Below, piece by piece: positions 37,850 through 51,331 of a stretch of DNA of 64,000 nt. The notes beneath the pieces are model-generated. The model saw only the letters and a program-made list of their open reading frames with translations. It was not told where the DNA came from and made no database searches. The translations under genes and the position numbers were made by a program. This stretch comes from Nageia nagi (Eukaryota > Plantae > Pinophyta): the NCBI GenBank assembly GCA_050084985.1, contig JBITNC010000001.1:160394001-160458000 (forward strand), given 5' to 3'. Within the stretch, counting starts at the first letter, position 1; every line of letters begins with the position of its first letter.

Positions 37850-40800
37850 TGTAATGCTACCCCACTAAACTAAACCCCAAAAATTTTGAACCTTTTTTTT
37901 AAATATTCCTTATGTATAAATTACTATTTATGAAACTTTATCCCACATGGACTATATTTTATTGCTCTTCATACTTTATCTAGATACCACTTTCCCTAAA
38001 TAAGTATTAGGGCATGTTTTCCTTGCAAGTCTATAACACTTGTGAGTGGTTTCTCATGATGATCATGCTGTAATTTGGTTTGAGTAGTGCCTTCTTTCCC
38101 ATAAGTACAATATTTTAAATTTTGATGAAATTTTTCAATCTATCTTATTGATTAGGTTTGATATTTTATCCATTCTTTTGAATACCTAATCTAAGACTTC
38201 CATGATTACCAAACCTAATTATTTCTTGGAATGCTTGTACTCTCTTATATACATATATTTTATGTTTCAAGCCTTAACTTATATAAGGGATATTTTTAGA
38301 TTCACTTCCAATATTAATGTATTAGGCCTATCCTCATTGGAATTACTTATTCCTAAACATACTTAAAATATTAATAATTGAACAAATTAGGTTGGGTATT
38401 TATTATATGTAATACATGAATATAACCCATTATTATTTCAATAGTCCAATGAACACTTTCTAAGTAAAACCCTTTATATAGCAAATTCATTGTAATATTT
38501 GTATTTGAATAAAAGTATAAATATTGGATAGAATTAAACCATAGTTATTGTGATGCTTGCCATGTCTATATCTTAGATCAAATTTAATCCGAATTCCTAA
38601 TTCCTTACTTGCATCATAAAAGTTGACCATTTAGACTTAATTACTAACAATACTTTTCATATGAATTATATATTTTGACATCCTTATTGTTTGTTATGTG
38701 GATGATATCTACACCTATGAACATAATCCATCACTTCTAGGGTAATTGCATTTATAACAATGGTGTATATATCATGGTACTAGAACCTAATTAGTGTAAC
38801 TTGCCATGACATGTTGGCTACATTCCTTGATATCCTTTTTTATACTTGGTTATGTATATACATCTTTTTATATCCTATCTTATATAAATAATACACCAAA
38901 ATATTGACTTCAAACTAATTTATCAATGATTCCATACAATACATCAATTGTGTAAATCACATCCAATGAATGCAATGATGTGGAAAGCCTTCATCTTTGT
39001 CCATGGTATCTTCATGTCATCTTCTTCTCATGATCATCCCAAGGTTCCAAGAGCAAATGGTTGTGAGTATTAAGAAAGGTTTTTGAGTATTAAGAGGATC
39101 ATGATAGCTTTTCTTATGACCATAATAGATTCTACTCTATATGCATCATGTCTCACTTTATCTACTCTTACAATAAAGTTCAAACAAGATTATACTCTAT
39201 TTATGATCTGAAGAGGTTTTATATCTTTGCTAAAGTTACCTCCTTTCCTTGATCATAGAGTAGAATAATAATTCCTTTTAAGGGAGCAAAAATATTCAAA
39301 GAGCTTAATGTATATCCGCAAATAAAAGTCTACCATACTTTTATTTCATGAATTTTAAATCAATTGTAAAGACATCCTTAACAAACAATTATCAAGTAAC
39401 TTGTATAAGTTTTTTTCCCATTTCAAACTTAAATAAACTTTATGATTAAAAAATAATCAAAGTTCAAGCTTTCAATACCATAGATAGTCTAATATTTTCA
39501 AGGTTTGATGAAATGTCATTATTAAGACTTTAATAAATATTCCATGCTACTATTAACAAATTTCAATATAGTAACTAAGCACTCGCATAAAACTGATATA
39601 GGAGACAAAATATTTCATTCAGTTATAGACACAAATATTGAAATCCCCAAATATTTAATTGATCAAATGCCTCATCATATTGCAATCATGTATATATGTA
39701 TAGTGCATGAGGGAAAAGTGAATGCGTTGAGGGGGGGGGTTTGGGAATTTCTTGACAAAATACCTCATCGTAGTGGAATGTCATGTAAACAAATGCATAT
39801 TAGGAAATTTGTGATTTGTTTGATAAAATGTCTCCTTGAATACATTGTAGGGACCTAAAAATTGTTGGGCCTAATGCCTCGTGCCCAACTTGGATGTGTT
39901 GGAAGGACTTGGGAGATATATGTTGAAAAAGGGTCTAGTGAATTATTTTGATAAAATGAATCACCAAAATATAGTCTAATAGATCGTAGTGAATGCACTA
40001 TACACCCAATAATTGGACACATTGGATGGGCTTATGAATCATGTGACAAAGTGTCTCATTAGATATCGACTCATGTGCAATATACCCAAGATGGTCATGT
40101 TAAAGGGGATTATGTATTACTAAATCAAAAGTACACACAAAAGAGATACATTGAAAAGGGGGTGAGTTGTTTGGTAAAATGATTCATCGAATGTAGTCTC
40201 ATGGATTGCTTTGATCACAAGAAATGCTCAAGATAGATGCATGCAAAATCTACCCTAAATAAGAATATTGAAAGGGACTATGAAATGTCTAACAAAGTAC
40301 CTCATTGGAATTTTGTATCTCACATGACATACCAAGGAAGAACACTTTAAAAGGGGCTTATAGTTTGTTTTAAAAAAGATGTCTATCAACTCGAGGCATT
40401 TATTGATTGCAAATAAATAAAAATATGTGAATGACTATTATAGAGTCACTTGCAATTTATTTGATAGGGTACCTCTTCAAAATGTAGTCAATGGAAAAAA
40501 ATGATCATGCAAATTACACAAAATCAACACATTGTCAAGTCATATAAAAGGTTTGATATAATGCTTCCTTCATATGTTACTAGAAGGATGTAATAATAAG
40601 ATACAAAAATAAGTAACTATTTATCCAACTCATCTACTTTATACATAAGGTGTAGGGTTTTTATTTTTTTGTGAGAGGGTTTAGACAATTGTTTTTGTAA
40701 GTTCCTATGCCTTCCAAAAATAATTTCATACATAACATTAGGAAATAAAACATTTTATCAATCATTTCACACCTAACAAAAGAAAACAAATTGTGTGAGG

Positions 40801-41464
40801 TGGTTTTCTCAATTATTTTTTGCAAAGCAACCAAATAGCCTTGTAACCTCCACAAGATGATGTTAAATCCTTTAACCCTAAATTTTTATTTTTACATAAA
40901 TTCATTAAAATTCCTTGGGTGAAATTTCAAATTCAAATAATTGGAATATTCCTTGTATCATTCAAAATTAGTCAATTAATTTCTTAAGCAAATTCCATCA
41001 TGCATATATTATCTTTAACACACATATTTACTTATGTAAACCACCCAAGATGTGAGGTAAATGTTGTTAGTGTACCTTATATGAGCATAACATTCATAAC
41101 AAAAATTGAATATCATACTCAAAAATTATGATATGTAGCTATATGATCTAAGAAGATCCTTATCTACTTGTTAGCAATTCAATGCCAATCATTTCCTTGC
41201 TCTTACCAATCTATTCCTATAATCACTCATCTTGTTTTATTTGGGATGTACAAGTTGATTATCTTGTTACGTTGACTCGTTACTTGTGTCACAAAAAATC
41301 TCAAAGATAGCATCAATTTGACATAAATATTGAATATAAATAGATATCATTAGTCATATCATGATCTCATTCACATTCAAAAAGCCAAAGGTAGTTGAGA
41401 TATAATGGATTTGAGCCAATCATTACAAGGCATTCAAAATTATGGGTGAAATGGGGTCATTACA
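37850..41464. mobile_element. 3.6-kb insert with LTR-type termini, containing Gypsy remnants and a PPR array
   Basis: Starts TGTAATGCTACCCCA and ends TGGGGTCATTACA (inverted match); flanks GATTT/TATTT (4/5 TSD); the host gag-PR linker resumes after it (PYNIMDELKK). Confidence 0.7.
39630..40600 (+). pseudogene. Decayed array of short (S/SS-type) PPR motifs
   Basis: KYLIDQMPH, WEFLDKIPHR, FDKMNHQNIV, CDKVSH, FGKMIHR.VVSW-like cores repeated about 10 times. Confidence 0.75.
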
Positions 41465-41699
41465 TATTTCCATCTTTGAAAAGGGACCAAAGAGAAGAAG
41501 AAACTTAGTATTATAAAAGAAAAATATCTAGATGAGAGTTCTTCTTATATTATTCCATACAACATTATGGATGAATTGAAGAAAATACCATCATGAGCAT
41601 CACTCTTTTATACCTTACACATTTTTGGATAAATAGACTTACATAAGGCATGAATATTGATTCAAGCTGAAGGAGATGACAATTGGAATTGCATTCTAC

Positions 41700-44600
41700 A
41701 TGTAGCTACAAAATTACCTAGTTTGGAAAAAAAAATAGACCTCCTTCTTTTTATATTACCCTTGAATGAAAAAAACATATTGTCCATAATTTTATGATTG
41801 ATTGAGGGGCTTCCATGATAGTTATGCCTAAGAAAGTATCTGATATCAATGGATTTACCAACACTAGAGATTCATCTAGAATACTTCAATTAGATTGTAC
41901 AAATGTCAAAATCCTAGGTGGTAAAAGATGTTTTAATAAAGCGTCATAGCTGTAAGGATTTAAACATCCAAGATATCATAGTTTTTGACCTTCCCCCTAT
42001 GTTTGGTTTGTGCTTATCTAGAGAATTTACATTCAAAATGGGAGGATAATTAGCTATGGGCTATTTCCATATATCTATTCCCTTTAAGAATAGAATGTTT
42101 AATATTGTTAATGAACCTACACTAGGATTTATCATAGAAAAACTACCTAAAGTAAACATGATAAATGAGTAAGCTTTGTTAAAAAATACTATTAAACAAG
42201 AGTTAGAGTCTATAGATTTAGTTTTTGAACTTATGATCAATCAAATGGAGAGCAAAGGTATGAGGAATTATGTGATTCTTGAAGATATTAAAAATTTATC
42301 ATTCCTCACCATTCAAGAACTAAGGGAACAAGAATTATGGGACATGCATTTTGATGGAGCTAAGTCTAAGAATGGCACTAGTGCAAGGGTTATTTTGAGA
42401 TCCCTTATAATGAAGCTAAAAGGTATTATTTGCATCTTACATGGAGTTGTATTAACAATGTAGTTGATTATGAAACCATGTGCATAGGGATTGAACAAGT
42501 AACAAAGTTAAAAATAAAATATTTGGCTATTTTTGGTGATTTAGAATTGGTTATTAATCAAGTGAATTATAAGTATTTTGGTTAAACATCATTATTTGAA
42601 AAAAATGTAGAAAAATGAGTATGGGACTTATTAGAGAGTTTTGATGCTCTAAATATTACTATAGTCCCCAAATATCAAAATAGTGAAGTTGATACTTTAG
42701 CTCAAAAAGGGTCAAGATTTGATCATACTCATCAATAGCTAATATGAATAGGAATTTAGTTTATTTTCAAGTCTTTTATTCCTGACAATGACTATTTTTA
42801 GAAAGTTTTTGATGATGATAAGGATATTAATTCTTTCTTGGTTACATAAATGCTATATTCAATTATCCAAGAGTTGTTGATTGAGACATTCAAAGAAGAA
42901 GATATTGTATAGTTAAAAAATAATACTTTATAGAAAGGTATTATTGCATTTGAATATCTCTTTAACAAAGATGATCAATTAAGAAAAAGAAAAATTTTAG
43001 CTTCTACCAAGAACTTTAAAGAGTTAGAAATAGCTCCCAAAAAGGTTCTAAAAGTTAGTATTAAGAATTCATATGAAGATATTGGGGATATAGTTGAAAT
43101 AATGAAAGAGTTGGTTGGTATCATGGAATGGAGCTATGATGACTTGAAGGTGTTTAACAAAGATGTTATCTAGCACACCATAGAGTTAGTGGAAGGGGTA
43201 AATCCTCTCCAAAAAAAATAATAACCATTGAATCCTAAGATTGAAGTGGTTATGCAATAGCAAATTCAAAAAATATATTCAAGGATCATATATCCCATCA
43301 AACATTCTATTTGGGTGGTTAATTGGTACCAATCAGGAAGACGAATGGATATATCAGGCAATGTATAAATTTTTAAAATTTGAATGAAACCTCATTAAAA
43401 GATAATTATCCTTTCAATATGATGGAATAAATCCTACAAATTATTATAGGATCATAGTATTTTTCCTTTCTCAATGGCTTCTCTCAGTATAACTAGATTT
43501 GGGTGAAAGATGAAGATTAATACAAAATAGCATTCACCATAAAATGGGACACATTTGCTTTTCAATGAATAAAATTTAGCTTTTCCAATGTTGGAATAAC
43601 TTATTATAAGGCTATGGACCATGCATTCAAGGAATTAATCAATAAAACTATTTTAGTTTACTTATATGATATCACTTTTTTTGCTGAAAAGAAGAAGAAT
43701 TAGTTGCAGTATCTCTAAAAATGTTTTTTGAAATATCAAGAATTTGGAATATCATTGAATCCAAAGAAATCTCTTTTTTCTATGAATCATGGAAATTTGG
43801 TAATTCATACAATTTTAAAAGATAGATTTTCAATTGATCCATAGAGAGTGGAAGTTATTTCCAAACTCACCATTCCATATGATATCAAGAAGCTACAAGT
43901 TTTATTGGGTAAAATTAATTTTATGAGTAGATTCATCTAGGATTTTTTTAGAATTGTCCAACCAATAATAGAACTGTTGAAAGATAAAGTTTCTTTTAAG
44001 TGGAGACATGAGATAATTATGGCTTTTGAAAAGATCAAATTAGCCATCACGTCTACTTTGATTTTGAAGAATCTAGATTTTTCAAAGGAATTTATTCTAT
44101 ATCAATATAGAGAAGAAACAAGTATAGCAACAATTTTAACTTAGAAAGAAAATATTCTTGAAGAATACCTTATAACTATTTTTAGAAAAACTCTACATGA
44201 TGCTGAAGAAAGGTATACATTCATTGGAAAATAGGTGTTTAGAATAATGAAATATCTGAAAATTTAAGCACTACATTTCTTAGAACAAAATTCTAGTGCT
44301 TACCACCATCCAGATGTTAGAAGTTATATCCTACAAGATAAAATGGACCAAGGTAGAGCCAAATTGTTTACAAATATTCTTAAATATGATGTTGAAATCC
44401 ATCTACCAAGGTCATTAATAGAAGAGCTCTTTGCAACCAATTGGTTGAAGATCAAAGTTTAGAGCACATCAAGATTGTTGAAGTGGAAACTCAAGGAAGA
44501 AATGTTTGGAAGTTTTAAAAGAACCAAAAAATTGGCTAACATAATTATGTACATATTTTGATAGTGGTAGATTATCATGTGAACTCAATTACTCTCAAAG

Positions 44601-45795
44601 GAGAAGGTTCATATTAAATGCACTTAATTATTGTATGATAGATCATATTTTGTATAAAAAGAATCATGATAGGATGCTATTGAGATGCATATATCCTAAA
44701 AAAGTTGCTAAAGTTATAAAGGAGTTCAATTCTAATTTTTTTGGAGGATATTGTTGAAGAATTAGGATATACTACTACAACAAAAAATTTACAAGTAGGA
44801 TTTATTGGTCTTTCATGTATATAGATTCATTTTAGATTGCAAAAGAATATAAAACCTATCACAAATTTGTAGGAAATAGAAGAATGGAAGCAACATCATT
44901 ACAACCTATCATTGTAGAAGAACCTTTCTAGTAATGCAGCCTATTTTGTTAGCATGATCAATCCAAGTTCATAACCCAAAAAAAGTTTAATATTAATAGG
45001 TAAAAATTATTTTACAAGATGAAAAAAATCTTCTATAATAAAATACCAAGATCAAGATATAATTATCACTTTCATGATAAGAATTATTACAAGATTTCGT
45101 ATTCCACATATTGTTATATCATATAATGGTCCAATATTTTTAGGAACCAAAGTCTATAAATTTACTCTCAAGGATGGTATTTACACTAAAATATATTCTA
45201 ATTATTAACCTCATGGTAATGAATTAGCTTATTCAATAAATAAAAATCTATTAAGAATCCTAAAGAGGAAAATAGATGATAATAAAAAATACTAGGATAA
45301 GAAGCTTAACTTTGTAGTATGGGAAGACCAGATCAATTATAAATCTTTTATAAAGTCTTCTCCTTATGTTATAGTTTATGGAAAAAGAACAATATTACCA
45401 TCCTACATTTAGTTACTTGCAATACAATAGCTTAACCAATATGCAATGAATAATTTAGACCCATTATAAGTAAAGATGTTTGCTTTGATCTACTTAGATG
45501 AACTTTAGGAGAATTATTATAGAGAAATCTAAAAAAGAAACAATGTGGTTAAGAGATGATTTTATAAGAAATATGCATACAATTTTTCTTTCATACCAAG
45601 TGACTTAGTTCTCAAATGGGACCAAGAAAGAGCCAAGCTTAGATGTCACTTTAAGTTTGATTCTCTATGGTTTGGACCATACATTATTACAAAAGAAATA
45701 TGGAACAATGCATTTGAGTTGGAGGGAATAGATGATTGGGTCCTTTCAATCATTATCAATGGCCAACATTTGAAATTATACACCATTATTTAACC
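41700..45795 (+). pseudogene. pol relic of the nested element: PR (~41740-42120), aRH (~42335-42720), RT (~43150-43850), RH (~44080-44420), INT (~44650-45795)
   Basis: MID*GASMIVMPK; WDMHFDGAKSKNG..NNVVDYE..IFGDLELVINQV..NSEVDTLA; LKDNYP, FLNGFSQYN*I, LVYLYDI; YYFLEK; SYNGP, NY*PHGNELA, WFGPY, NGQHLKLY. Confidence 0.9.
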
Positions 45796-46034
45796 ATGTT
45801 AGTTTGTATTATATGTATATATTTAATTTTATTCCCCATGCATAGTTTGTTAGGTACATCTTTTACATTAAATAGGGTAGCTAGGTATTTTATTCTACTT
45901 ACCCTCATTTCAAATCTATGGTTTAGCAATTTTTCCTCTACAAATATTTTGAGATGTCAAAAGCCTTAAGGTTTGCATCTTCCTAGAGTTTGATTCCAGC
46001 AATTTTTTAGCTTGTGTTTGATAATTCCATAAAA

Positions 46035-49000
46035 ATGGATAAGTTCATAGCCACTCAAAGTACTATAAATGATAGGAATGAAAATTTTTTTGACACAAAA
46101 CTATTTAATAATCATGTGGATTTAAAAACCAAACCCTAAGAAGTCAATAATACCAAAGAAAGTCAATTATGAGATTTAATTTACAATAAAAAGTTTATCC
46201 TATCATTATGGTATGAAATATGTCATCCCTTTCTTGAACTTGTAGAAGCACTAGCCAAGAAAATATTTCATAGTCCAAAACTATACAAAATAGTTCAAGA
46301 AATGTTATTCTCAATTTGAGTCAATTTTCCATGTATAAAGCCTATCATTAGCCAAATGATTCATTAGATTGGACCAATGTAAAGGTAATTGCCAAAGATA
46401 CAAAGAGATATCCATTAGATTGACTCAGTTCTTATTGAACCCCATCAAAAAAGAGAAGAGTATATATGGAATTTTAGGGTTTAAACCTAATTTGGCCCAT
46501 TTTCTTATCCTCATCATGCTACTTTATGGGGAGAAAGACATTCAAATTGTACAACTAGAGCATGTCATAATGGCATACTGGATGATAAAGAACTACTATA
46601 AATATCATCAAGACTAGTTCAAAATAATAGATGATAGATTGGCTATTTAGTTAGCCAACAAGGACATGTTAAATCAATTTTAATACTCCTCTCTACTATG
46701 TTGGCTCTTACTACATCAAAATCTTGAAGCCTTTCTAGATTTGCAACTCATTCAGGTATATGAAGATGGTACCCCAAGAAGAGTTGATCAATGGACCTAG
46801 GTGTTATGCATCAATGGATCCTACTATTATTTTTAAGATATTTCCTATTTTTAGCCTTAAACTTAATTTTTGGCACAACATTACCTAGGTAGTCTAAGTC
46901 AACTCAATAAAATTTGAAAATGGGTTAGATCAAGAAGGATGATTATTATTTCACTGATAATTATACAATAATTTTGCTGATTGGTTTCTATGATAAGGAT
47001 ATGAAGTTGACTTTTTATGTTTCAAATTTGCTATTTGCCATGGAGGTAACTATATAAGAGGATTATGTAGAAATAATGCAAGGAGTCTCTAAGGGGAAGA
47101 AAAGCTTATATACATACCCTCTTGGCTTTGATTCTATTCAAGACCATCACACTAATTATTGGGGTTATTTAAATTCAAAAATGCAAAGATTACAATTATC
47201 TCATATTGCCATTCCCTGACCATATGAACTACTAGGAGTATTAATTGCACATCTCAAATATATAAACTCAAAAGGTTTAGATTTTGTTAGAGTGTCTATG
47301 GATAAGTTTAGAATCATGAGAAAAATCCTAGGACAAGACCCATTTTGCTAGACTCTTTGTTGGAGACATCATGCATGGTATTATGAAGGAAAATAATATA
47401 TCATCAGAATTGATTTTATGATTGCTACTAATAAGGAGAAGAGTTTGCCAAAATATTTATAAAAGAGCATAGACAATTTTGATTTCTAAGAACATAAAAA
47501 GAAATGCTTCATACAATTCATGATTGAAAGTAACTATAAGTCTTTTCCATGGATGTGTGACTAAGATAAATCTTTCTTTGAAGCCTATGATAAGAAATAT
47601 GTATCCAAGAAGAAAATGATCCATAAAATAAAAGTTTTATAATTGTGGTAAAGTTTTGATAAGCTAAAAAAGGAAAAAAGTAATTAACTTTAGAGGAAGA
47701 GACATTATTGAAAAAATAATAGAAGCATGGAGGATGATCCAAATTAATTGAATCTTCCATGAAATATTGGATTGAGGAGAGGACTATGTTCAATAAGGAC
47801 ATTAAATATATGAAATAAATGTATAGGAAGTTGGAAAAATAAGAAGAAAAACAAAGGAAAAAATAAGATAAGAAAGATTTTGAACTAGCAAAATAGCTAG
47901 AAAAAGAAGAGGCTCCTAGAAAGAATATTATAAGGAAAAGGAAAGGTAATGACCCTAAAAGAACATATGAGAGAATGAAAAAGGATAAAAATAATGATAC
48001 CAAAAGCTATGAAGATGATCCTTTAAGGATCTACTACAAAGAGTGATTAGCCTTATTCTACACAAACAAAAAGATGTATCAATTGAAGTAGAAGATCCAA
48101 AAGCTAGTGGAGGTAAGGAGTGATGACTTTGACTCTATCAAGCCTTTCATTATAAAGTAGAGAAGAAGGATCCATAAGAAATAATATTCCCATAAATATG
48201 GATAAAAAGAGGAAAGGCCTAAAGAAAAGAAAAGGAAGACTTCTTTGGTAGTCTAAGAACAGGAAAAAACTTCAAAACAAATTCAAGATGTCCCATATTA
48301 GAGTGATAGAGTTTTGAGAAATTCTCAAGAAAATGAGGTGAGTACTAAATCTAATTATGATAATGATGTTGTAATAACTATTACTCCTATTTTGGTACAA
48401 AGGTTAAACACTTCTCAACAAATCATAAATCTTAATGAAATTGATAAATCTAATTAAGAATGATTTGAGAAGATGAAAAAGAAAGAACATAATATCTTTG
48501 GAAAAATCCAGCTCGATATAGCTATAGACATTTGAAAGCAAGTCCTTAAAATTTTAGCAAAATAAATTGATCAATCTTTAGGACAAACTTTTGATATCTA
48601 AGGAATTTCCCTACAAATTTGATCAAATAAAATTAGTTGAATGGATAAGAGGAAAATTATGACAACCAACATGATCCTTATGGATGCAGATGTGGTCCTC
48701 TTAGAGAGATAAGTAGATAAGCTATAGAAACAATAGGCTATGGAAGATGAGAAAGAAAATTTCCACTTAACATATATTAACTTGTTAAATAAGTAGATTC
48801 AAGACTTACAAGATGTTGTTGATTATTCAACATTGATAAAACTTGTAAAGAACAAGAGGAAGAGCTTCAAGAAAAAGGAATTGAGATTAATATGAAAAAT
48901 GATAGGATAGAGGCCTTAGAGCTAGAAATTGATTCATTGAAAGGTTCTTTGAATAATAACGAGGAAGAATGTAAAATACTAGAATATGAGAAGAAAAAAC

Positions 49001-49840
49001 TTCAAGAGGCTTTTAAGGTTTTGTAGGACTTTTATGCCAAGAAAGATATAGACTCAAAGATTGCAACAAAGAACATTATAAAGGCAAAATTAGAGTTTCA
49101 AGAAAAATTAAAGACTTAAATATAGACTCTAGCCTAATAGACATAGGCACTACTGACATGATTATCAATTGAATCTTTGAAGAGCATTAAGTTGAGTTAT
49201 TAGGTTAAAGTAGTTTCTATTTCTGATTTGTACATTCTATTAGAGAGTACGTATTATATTTTGATAATTAGTTAGATTAATATAAAGTTATTTTTGATAA
49301 GAAGGGTAGAGTTTTCAAGATGAATAGTGAAAATTAGGAGATCATCAAGGTAATAAATCAAAAAGAGACCACATATACAAGTAATAATGATTCTCATGAT
49401 CAAATTTTGGCCATAACATAAAAGGCAAATCACTTGTATGAGTTAATATTATGCATTATTGTCATTAATACCAAAAATCAATAAATTAAATAATGCTTTG
49501 AAAGTTTTTGATAGAAATTATATGCCTTCCCTTTATAAAGAAGATAAGAGCGTTTATACACTTGATGAGATGAAGGCATATAGTGACCAGACACAAAAGG
49601 AAGATACCAATTTTTTATAATGGATGGAGGATAAGTTTGAAGATAAGTTCAAATTTATATAAGAAATGACTAAGATAGAAAAATAGGCCATAGAGCTATC
49701 TAGAATGAAATCAAGTATTAGTTTAAAAGTAATCAATTAGTTTATTTCATTAACTCATCTTTTTTAGGATATGGAACCTCCAATGTATGTAGAGTGGTCA
49801 AAGGCTCTTTCAATTTTGCTTAAGGATGGAGTAGTTTGAG
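46035..49840 (+). pseudogene. Large extra ORF (eORF) between pol and the 3' LTR; C-terminal E/K-rich, coiled-coil-like
   Basis: ATG at 46035; long decayed + strand frame (F*YSSLLCWLLLHQNLE..DGTPRRVDQWT) and heptad-like E/K/L-rich sequence at ~48700-49700. Confidence 0.6.
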
Positions 49841-49928
49841 GTATATTTTTTGTATAGGTTGATAGAATTTTGTAATTTTTTCCAAGTTTGAGAATTGGCA
49901 ACACAAATCCACTAGCCAGTCACTAGAA

Positions 49929-51331
49929 TGTATAGTCATATATATTTCTGGAGATATAAGAAGAATTTTGTATGGGTATGATATATTTTTATCCTTTACT
50001 ATTTCATAGAATGTTTATACATAGTCAATTTTAGATATTTCCTATAGTTTCTAATTTTGTCAAAGATTCAATAGTATTGGAGTCCACAAAGTTTTCCTGA
50101 ATAGCAACAAAATAGGATAGTATTGGTACTTACTCATTTTTGAGCATTTATCATAATGTTTAATTTTGGTGGAGATCCAATAGTATTTAGATGGATAAGT
50201 TAGTTGAAATGGTGAAAAAATAAAAATAATGTTATACCTACCCATTTTTTAATATTTTGTAGAGCATTTGACTTTGGCAAAGATCTGACAGAGCAAAGTA
50301 GACCAAATTCCTTTGGAATAGCAAAAAAATTAAACAACTCATTTTCTTTAGTTATATCCCCATTAGAGGTGGTTTAATCACATGTCATGGAGAATCATTA
50401 TCAGATCAATCACTTGAAGTGTTCCAATTTCGAGATTCAAGTTTTAGCCATTCAGATCAAAGCATATCTAGAACATTTTACCATAATAATGTATTCTATT
50501 TTCATATCTAAATTTGATGGGTCCATATGAAATCGAATACCTATATATATTGCTAGAATCCTAGTAAAACATGTTTTTATTCCAAGAAGATGATTTTAGC
50601 TCCTAGATTCAAGTTATCAAGCTTTGAACAAGCTAAAGGATGTTAACAAATATGGAAGAGTGATCTAGATCTTTATATATTTGAATTCGATTTGTAAATA
50701 TTATCAAAGAATCAAATCTAGTACTTTGTAAATATATAGATAGTTAGTTATAGATATTATTATCTATCAAGGTTTTATAAGAATTAGTTAGAAGATATTT
50801 TATAGAGAAAAACTATAAGTATTATTTTTGTTGAAGAACAAGGGGTTGGATATAGTATGTATTGCCTCTATTTTGTACTATTGCCAATGATAATGAAATG
50901 CAATTTTCTTCTTGATCTCTTAACTAAGATTTATTTATCATTACTCTTAAATGGTTGTGTGCTATGTTTATTTGTACTTCATGGACTATAAGAGATAATT
51001 AGTAGTTAATCTATATTTGTAAAGTGCTTGTAGAGTATTATTACTTGGAATATCATATTTTATTTGGTGGCTATAAAATGAAACTATCTAAGTAGCTTAG
51101 ATTCTGCTATAGTATATATCTATACTGGTCCAAATATTTATTTTTTCTTATTTGCATTCACTAAGCTAGCATTTTAAATTTGCTTTAGTCTTGCAAGTTT
51201 GTTTTCTACACCTTTACTTTTGTAAATCCCATTCCAATCCCAATAGGAACCAACATTCTTTGGAGATAGATTTATAATCTTAGAAATCATTTATTAGAAT
51301 TCTAGTTGTGACTTTGATATGTGGGTGCATT
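49929..51331 (+). repeat. 3' LTR of the nested Tat element (last few bp apparently lost)
   Basis: Colinear with 34619-36013; 9 mismatches in the first 62 nt by hand count. Confidence 0.9.

Larger units (their letters stand above)
34619..51331 (+). mobile_element. Nested Ty3/Gypsy Tat-clade element with gag-PR-aRH-RT-RH-INT order and a 3' extra ORF
   Basis: Paired ~1.4-kb LTRs; interrupts the host integrase between IISR and VPSK; all domains on the + strand. TSD not resolvable. Confidence 0.9.

Noticed and set aside
47518-48003. 161-aa hydrophobic ORF as a membrane or env protein
   Set aside because: It is the antisense shadow of a K/E-rich, purine-rich + strand frame; the same applies to ORFs such as 17669..17893 and 16666..16920.
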